A stretch of 64,000 nt of DNA, taken from NCBI GenBank assembly GCA_951406725.2, contig OX597832.1, forward strand, positions 13,578,001 through 13,642,000, read 5' to 3'. The notes beneath the pieces were generated by a model, which worked only from the letters and a program-made list of their open reading frames with translations, had not been told where the DNA came from and searched no databases. Made by a program: the position numbers and the translations under genes. The DNA comes from Octopus vulgaris. Taxonomy: Eukaryota. This document shows, piece by piece, positions 55,783 to 64,000 of the stretch. The first letter of the stretch is position 1, and every line of letters starts with the position of its first letter.

Positions 55783-57674
55783 TACAGAGACCGAAATTTT
55801 GCGTTTGCAAACCGACCTTGTTGTTGACACACCAATAGCTGCGCTTAGGTGTTTATTTTTAATATCTGTTGACAAAGCAGCGCTCCGACAGATTAGTTGC
55901 TAAGTGACGATGGATTTCTTAATAAATGAGTGGCGAATATGTTTGTCAAGAATTTGCTTCTATCCCTTTCGGTTACTATGACTTGTAGTTTGTTTGAAGT
56001 GTTCAAAGGAATAAATTCATGCAGAGGTGAGTGGATTTGTAATCTGCTATATGATGTCCAGAGTACCATCTCTGATTTCAAGATAACTACTTAAGTGGTT
56101 CTTTTGATCCGTAGATTTTTCATCAACATATCATGAACAGATTACCGCATTTATGGCACTACCACTAGGAATCTGTATGTTATTCCGCAAGGGCGTTTAA
56201 AGCTTCTTACGTCTCCACGAATACGAATTCGGATGTACACGCACATCTTCTGATGAAAGACTATGGTAACTTAGAATCTGTTCTCATGTGATTTACATGC
56301 TGCCCTTCATTATTTGATGTTTTTCCTCACTGATAAGTACTGCATACACACAAAAATGTTACAACTATCGCAGTTTCTGAGGAAACACTTCTCTCTCTCT
56401 CTCTTTCTCCCTCTCCCTCTTTCTTTCTCTCTCTCACTTACTCCCTCTGTTGCTCTAGTTTCCTCTAACTGCACACATAATCTCTATTCGATTCAAATGT
56501 ATTCACAGTGCCTTTACATCTTCACATTCTTCCATCCCAGTCGGCTCTGCTTCGGCGTTTCTGACTTATGAGCTTCTACATGTCTCCCTGTCTACGAGCG
56601 TGTCTACTTCTCTCTTTCATTTAGCATTATACCGTGCTACTCCTGGTAATTGTAAAATTTCAGTTTTACCCATCCCTTTTGCACACTGTTAAATATATAT
56701 CTAAATTTCGTTAGGTGTTTTATGCGTTTCACACTTTAGAGCAAATTTTCATTTAATTCTGTGGTGTCGACTCAACACCACAACTCGATCGCACTATTGA
56801 TTAAGCCACAACAAATTACCTTCAACCTGTCTCAACAGTTAAAGAATAAACTTGAAGAATGCTGACGTTGAATATTCCCCTATGAATTTCAAGTGCAAAA
56901 TTAATTTCTACTCTCTTACACTACCAGATATATAAATACACACAGACATACGCGCAAGCACACACCAGGACAAACACACATCTCTACATACGTGCATATA
57001 TACTATGGAGAAAACGAACAGTGTTAAAAGAATTTCTCTTGACAATCTTATATTCTCGGGTACTGATCTACTCGGCGCATTTTGGGTAAATGTTTCCCGA
57101 TATAACCTCGGACAGAATTATAACTTGGAACTGAAATTCCTATAGAGAAACAATAGAGAACCCCACTATATATATCTTTGTATTAACAATACCCGATAAA
57201 TTGTTCTCTGAGCATAGGTTTATTTACTTACACGACCGGTGATAAGTTATGTCTTCACAATTTGCTCCCGGAGAATCAGAAGAATGTGCAGTGGAATCTA
57301 GATAGTGACAGCGGGAAATTTAAAAGTCCTCACACAATAATGGCTTACAAAAATATTTGCTGGTTCTGAAATGGTCAGTCCTAATACTACAAGTTATTGT
57401 GCCGTTAGATCTGTACTCATGTAACTAAATCAAGTAAAAAAATTGTGTGTGTGATTATATATATACGCAAATACATAGCTAGTTTTATAGACATTAATAA
57501 ATAGGTACATATAGCTATCTAGTTATGTGTGATTGTATATACCATGCATATATATATATATATATATATATATTAATCAATATAGGGTGGCAAGGAAAAT
57601 TTTGTAGAATTTTTTTGCCACCAGCGGCCCAGTGGGAAAAAATTAAATAGTCATAGACCATTTTTAAGTTCAAC

Positions 57675-57780
57675 ATTAACAATTAAGGAACGGCCATAAT
57701 AGGCCATTCACCCACTAGAAGCTTTGGCTGTTATTTCTAGTGGGTGAATGGCCTATTATGGCCGTTCCTTAATTGTTAAT
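57675..57780. repeat. Perfect hairpin, 46-bp arms, 14-nt loop, abutting (TA)n
   Basis: 57675-57720 is the exact reverse complement of 57735-57780. Confidence 0.97.
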
Positions 57781-57854
57781 ATATATATATATATATATAT
57801 ATAAATATGTATACATGTATGTGTGTGTATATATATATATGTATATATATATGT

Positions 57855-57895
<41 letters not shown>

Positions 57896-57898
57896 ATA

Positions 57899-57937
<39 letters not shown>

Positions 57938-57946
57938 AAATATATG

Positions 57947-57989
<43 letters not shown>

Positions 57990-58702
57990 TTACGGAGACA
58001 TATAGTTTTGCTTATGTCTATGTGACTGTATGACTCTGTATACGTTTGTGGGTGGGTGTTTAGTGTAAATTCTATAGAAGAAAACTGAGTTTAGATTAGT
58101 TTTTATGATTAATTTGCCGATTTTCTTCGCTTAGAATATACCCATTAATTTCTGTGCATTAACATTTACGCTTGATTGTATCTTTCAATTAAATATACAC
58201 ACTGTGTTTCATTTAGCCGCCAGCAATCTTAAAGCGATACGAAAAAACCTAAACAAAAGTGAATCGATTTGATTTGAAAGGCTGGTAACTGACGTAAAGT
58301 AGAAATAAATCTGAAATATGATCTCACAGTGTGTGTTAACGATTGATTTGTGTGACCTTTGATCAAATGTTACTTAAGCTCAAAATATTTGCAAACAAGA
58401 TATAAAAATATATTGATACGGAACTAAACAACATTTATGTATGTTTTCAATGGAATTGCTTTTATGTAAAACAATGTAGATTATAATTCATTAGATAAAT
58501 ATTACCAATTTTCCATGACTATAAGCTTCGTACTAAATTGCGCAATGTGCAGATGGATATGATTCGAGTCAAAAAGATACTCACGACTAGTGAGTTTACT
58601 AAAATGACCGATATCAGCAGTAGTACGTTGTCAGATGAAGAGGATATCCAGGCATATGCGCTAATATATACTTACATATGCAAATATACACATGCATAGT
58701 CA

Positions 58703-58877
58703 AAGATATGGCTTTGTGGTAAGAAGTTTACTTCCAAACAACATTGTTAGAGGTTCAGTCCCACTGCGTTGCACCTTTGATGTGTATCTACTAATATAGC
58801 TTCGGGCTAACCAAAGCCTTACGAGTAGATTTGATTGACGGAAACTAAAAGAAGCCCGTTGTATGTTTGTATATATA

Positions 58878-58932
<55 letters not shown>

Positions 58933-59070
58933 GGGGGTGTACCTGCGTGTGTGTCTAAACAACTACATATGTGTTTTTGTGGCTGTTTGACCCTTGTCAG
59001 CCATCACCGCGTGACAGCTAGTGCAGTTATGTTTAAGTCCCCGTTAACCAGCGGTTTGGTAAAACAGCCT
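58703..59070 (+). mobile_element. Diverged SINE family A
   Basis: ATGGCTTTGTGGTAAGAAG..GGTTCAGTCCCACTGCG..GACGGAAACTAAAAGAAGCCCG, internal (TA)n. Confidence 0.75.
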
Positions 59071-59150
59071 GATGGAAGAATAAAATGAATAAATTAATAG
59101 TCATACATACATACATATAGATAGAAAGATAGATAAATAGATAGACACAC

Positions 59151-59195
<45 letters not shown>

Positions 59196-59281
59196 TAAAT
59201 AAGCATATATACATTTATGTGTGTGTGTGTGTGCATGTATGATTGAGTTTCTGGATACAAACGATCGTATGTGTGTGCCAT

Positions 59282-59459
59282 GATAGATCACTAGCCACTA
59301 AACCTTTCTCTTTCTGTTTATGTTTGTTTTCTTTTTGTCGAAAAGCGTAGGCTCGAAACGTAGAAGTCTTTCTTACTTCTCTAGCGTTAAACTAATACAT
59401 CTGTTTGTTGTTTACACACCCGTCTTCGTCTGTTTCTTATTTTTATGCTTTGTAAATTC

Positions 59460-59463
<4 letters not shown>
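59282..59463 (+). mobile_element. Short PLE pseudo-LTR-like module with eroded hammerhead-like motif (59331-59366)
   Basis: CTTT-TTGTCGA-AA-AGC(GTAG)GCT-C-GAAA-CGTA-GAAG. Ends in (TA)n at 59464. A related tail lies in reverse at ~13430-13510. Confidence 0.45.
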
Positions 59464-59524
<61 letters not shown>

Positions 59525-60171
59525 AAATATATATTTATATATTTGTAAATATGTATACACTGATATACATATATAATTAAGCATGTATGCATGCGTATAT
59601 GCGCTTTTTGAAACGTATATGGTTATGTTTCTGTTCATGTTAGGGATGAAAGCTAATATTCACATTACATACTTCAGACGTAGACGATTCCAATCGCGAT
59701 GAAATATGCACGCCCGGGATAATATAATCCGAAATTATGTTTGTAGTACTTGACTAATAATATATTATTATTCATTTCATATCACCGTTCAAATTCATTT
59801 ACACATGACATGAAACAAATCAGTCATCAAGGCCCTCTATATAGCAACTTGGCGTGCTTCAAATAACAATGAAAATCTCTAGATTAAAACGCGAAATATT
59901 GTATGTTGATACTGTATTTTATAAATATATTACATAGGAAATGAAATTAGAAATATACACAGGGTATAAGCTTCATGTAAACTTTAGAGTGGAGAAGAGG
60001 ATCAATTTAAAAGGATTTAAAATGAATTATTGCATACACAGTATAGTTTTTAAAGTAGACGCAGATCAAATTCATTTGATCATAGCTTTTCTCAGACTGG
60101 GTCCATGATCAGTGAATGTATGAATGCAATTGTTCAATGTGTGCGTGTATGTATAAATATACGTTGTTTTT

Positions 60172-60380
60172 AATCTTGGCACAAGGTCTTCAAAATTAAG
60201 GGACAAGGGGCTAGTCGATTACATCGACCACAGTGCATAACTGGTACTTATTTCGTCGACCCCGAAAGGATGAAAGGCGAAGTCGACCTCGGCAGAATTT
60301 GAGCTCAGAACGTAGCGGCAGACGAAATAGCTCTAAGCATTTATCCCGGCCTGCTAACAAATCTGCTAGCTCGCCGCCTT
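60172..60380 (-). mobile_element. SINE family B
   Basis: Core GTCGACCCCGAAAGGATGAAAGGCGAAGTCGACCTCGG and head end GCTCGCCGCCTT. Confidence 0.85.
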
Positions 60381-60495
60381 AATATAAATAAATATATATC
60401 AATATCAGTATACATGCGTGTTTACTATCTGTCTGCCATTCTATCTATTTATCTATCTATCCATCTCTCTCTCACTCTCTCCCTCTATATATATA

Positions 60496-60982
60496 TATGT
60501 AAGTACGTCTATCTATACCTCACAAATTATGCGCATCTGTGTCTTTGTCTATATCTGATTCTATAATTTTAGTACGCATGCACGCGCGTCTCTGTGTATG
60601 TCTGCGTAAATATACTTTAATATCAGTCTCGCAATACGTAGCGTTTATAAGATTGATAAAGATATGACAATGCTATACGTTAATCTAAGTCAGATTTATT
60701 TATATACGCATCTACCAATCATAAACATGGATGAAAAATATTCACCAAGAAGCAGTATGAGCTCAACATAGAATTTCTAATGTGATAATCCGTATCAGAC
60801 TCCAGTTTATGAAATCTAAATATATCATGTGCTACGTCAGCAATTTTCAATTGCGGGAAGGGAGTTAAAATAATGCATATAAAATTCTTTAGCGTCAGCA
60901 AGTTGTTATATCATCGATACGATATCATTTAATTCCTAGAGGTCGAGAGGAAAGTGATATGGTGGATAAGCGCATATATACA

Positions 60983-61030
<48 letters not shown>

Positions 61031-61530
61031 TGTATATATGCGCTTATCCACCATATCACTTTCCTCTCGACCTCTAGGAATTAAATGATATCGTATCGTT
61101 GATATAACAACTTGCTGACGTTAAAGAATTTTATATGAATGATTTTAACTCCCTTCCGCAATTGAAAATTGCTGACGTAGCACATGATACATTTAGATTT
61201 CATAAACTGGAGTCTGATACGAATTACCACATTAGAAATTCTACATAGAGATCATACTGTTTCTTGGTAACTATTTATCTTCCATGTTTATGATTGGTAG
61301 ATGTGTATATAAATAAATCTGTCTTAGTTTAACGTATAGCATTGTCATATCTTTATCAATCTTATAAACGCTACGTATTGCAAAACAGATGTAAATGTAT
61401 ACTTACACAGACAGACACAGAGGCGCGCGTGCATGTGTACTAAAATATACACGGAAAACGTAGACTCAGATATATAGAAAGACACAGATGCACATACGTA
61501 GTGAAGTATAGACAGACGTACGTACACATA
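60496..61530. repeat. ~1-kb palindrome centred on (AT)21
   Basis: Perfect palindrome 60915-61098 (71-bp arms + 42-nt AT centre at 60986-61027). Arms continue ~500 bp each with rising divergence. Confidence 0.97.
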
Positions 61531-61800
61531 GTGAATTTGAAAAAAGAAAAGTGTTTAAAATGCATACGAAGACAATGTAGTGATTTCCACTAATATAATA
61601 AAGTTCATACCTGGCTCATTCATCAAAAGGTGTGAAATGTCTCTTATGATTTATAGATGTTTAAAAGAGTAAAAGACTGTCTTGAGGTAAAACCTACATA
61701 TGTATATGTGTGAGTATTCGTGTTGATTGTGCGTGTGTGTGTGCGCATGCATATATATATGCATGCAGATGTATATGTCTGTATTTTTGCGTGTATAGGC

Positions 61801-61833
<33 letters not shown>

Positions 61834-63177
61834 CGTGTATGTATATGTGTGCGTATGTGTGTAGGCATATGTATACATGTGTGTGTGTGTTATATGTGCG
61901 TGTGCGCTCACATGTATGTATGCATACATATGGTAAAAAAGAAGAGAAATTGGACTGTTTAAAAGAATGTATGTTACTCTCTTTGGTTTGTCTGGCATTA
62001 TTATTTCAATGAAAAAGATCAAACTCTAAGACTCCATTTCGTAAGTTTGCTATATATGACATTATTGCATCAGAGGTTACCGAACTTCAGTCTTCAGGAA
62101 TATCAAACAACTTTGATTAACATAACTTCTTATAAAAATGTTAGCGATGTTCCATGTGTCCAATTAAAAATTTCCCGTTCCACAGATCATTGCTATCGTT
62201 ACTCTGTTTACAAATATTTACTTGTCAAAATATATTTCATATAAGTGTAAGGTTTCCGCTATTGTTACATATCATAGCTCATTATATAAATAAAACTGTG
62301 AAATAACACACACAACTGTCACTTGTTATTTGGTGTAAATAGAAATATATAAATGTAGAAACGAATATGCTTAATCTGCAGAAGAAATTGAAGTAATCTC
62401 ACGTTGCAAACATGTGAAAATCTCCAAGATTAATATTTGAACGGTTTGCAAATATTTAACATGCGGAGATACAAGAGTCACTGAGGACGCTTTAGTTTTT
62501 CTTCAGTAGTCACGTTGAAGACAAAAGGAAGATGAACACTCGAAGAGAAGAGACGGATTAGATGTACGCGTTATCAATATTAAAAGCCATGTACAGACTA
62601 ATTCAAAAATAGTTTAATAATTACGGAATGAAATACAGTTTTGGAGAAGAAATAAAAGCTGTCCAGTAAGATGTAAATATAGTAATCAAGTATTAACAGG
62701 AAACTACAAGATGACAATTACAGAAGTGATGAACGAATAAATAGTTGTACTAACTAAACAAATACGCCAAACTTCAATAAAGCGGAATGCAGCAAAGAAG
62801 TGGAAAGACAGTTTAAGTAGTTATATAGAACCGTGCACTGAAAATGATTTTCAGATAGAGAAATTCAAGGCAATGTGTTAAAAAAATATAACGGAAAATC
62901 AGATAAAAAATATTAGGTGGCAATGAAGAAAAAATTATGCAAATAAGCAATGAATGAATTAACAAACATATTTTTGTGTCTTCAGAAAGAGAATAGTACT
63001 TGATTCAAGATTCCAATGACCTGAGTTGAGAGTAGAAATTCTGTGTAAATAAAAACTATGGTGCACTCTATATATGTATATATATAGATATATATCAGTA
63101 TATATATAGGCATATATATATATATATATATATATATAGGCATATATATATAGATATATAGAGAGATATATATATAA

Positions 63178-63225
<48 letters not shown>

Positions 63226-63228
63226 ATG

Positions 63229-63261
<33 letters not shown>

Positions 63262-63352
63262 ATATACTGAAAATTAATGATGAAATAGATATCAGATCTT
63301 ATCAGGTAGTTTTTTCCGGTTACGGTAAAAATTAATCAATTTATAAATTGTC

Positions 63353-63657
63353 ATATAAATATATAGTAAGGGCAAACAAGTACGTATACAAGTGCCTTAC
63401 ATGCTAGAAGAAGATGCCAAAGTAAAAAAGCTACCTAAATTATCAACATGAAATAACACGCGCTGTACTCGTGCAAATAAACGAAACAGAATCATAAAAC
63501 GAACCATTTCATGAATCTGATTCGTTTACTTGCACGAGTACGGCGCGTGTTATTTTATAATGATATGTTAGGTACGTAGTCTTTTGATATTGGCGTCTTC
63601 TTATAGCATGTAGGCGACTTGTATACGTACTCGCTTACCCTTGATATATATTTATAT
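63353..63657. repeat. Diverged hairpin, ~145-bp arms
   Basis: AAATAACACGCGCTGTACTCGTGCAAATAAACGAA pairs with TTCGTTTACTTGCACGAGTACGGCGCGTGTTATTT; AGTACGTATACAAGT pairs with ACTTGTATACGTACT. Both ends are TA-rich. Confidence 0.9.
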
Positions 63658-63666
63658 ATATATATA

Positions 63667-63966
63667 TGGACGTGCAATGGTTAGGGCAGTGGTCTGGCGG
63701 TCGTAAGATCGCAGTTTCAATTCCCAGAGAGAGCGTTTTGATTGTTTATTGAGCGAAAACATCTAAAGCTCCACATACCTCTGTCAGGGGTGGTTGCGAT
63801 CCCTGCTGTACTCTTTTACCATAACTTTCTCTCACTCTTGACTCTTTCTTCTGTAGACCTGCTCGCTTAGCCAGCTGAGTGGCGTTATTGGAAGGCTAAA
63901 ACAATGCGAAGCGCATTGTGACCAGCGATGTGTAGCAACATCTTACGGCCTAGTCGGTCAAGTAAT

Positions 63967-63973
<7 letters not shown>
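63667..63973 (+). mobile_element. tRNA-derived SINE (family C-like head, different tail) between TA repeats
   Basis: TGGTTAGGGCAGTGG..GTTTCAATTCCC head; TGTTTATTGAGCGAAAACATCTAAAGCTCCAC matches 40665-40700 reversed. Confidence 0.6.

Positions 63974-64000
<27 letters not shown>

Overview
AT-rich, microsatellite-saturated eukaryotic non-coding DNA. The SINE families and (TA)n density resemble cephalopod (Octopus-like) genomes; this is inferred from recall, not searched. No intact host protein-coding gene is supported, and almost all ORF-track entries are translations of simple repeats. The window holds decayed mobile elements: three Penelope-like retroelements (PLEs, RT + GIY-YIG), mariner/Tc1 remnants, Tx1/L1-like and RTE-like LINE fragments, Helitron derivatives and about 25 tRNA-derived SINE copies from at least three families. 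The most interesting signal is a probable PLE-driven small-RNA system. It has eight hammerhead-ribozyme-like (HHR) motifs, seven in short modules whose 3' ends run into (TA)n. It also has a tRNA-headed SINE whose tail is an HHR-bearing module, a 1.1-mer retrozyme-like unit, and many fold-back hairpins. Other notable structures are a ~1 kb palindrome centred on (AT)21 and a seven-unit SINE concatemer with fixed junctions. All ribozyme calls are hand-folded and untested.
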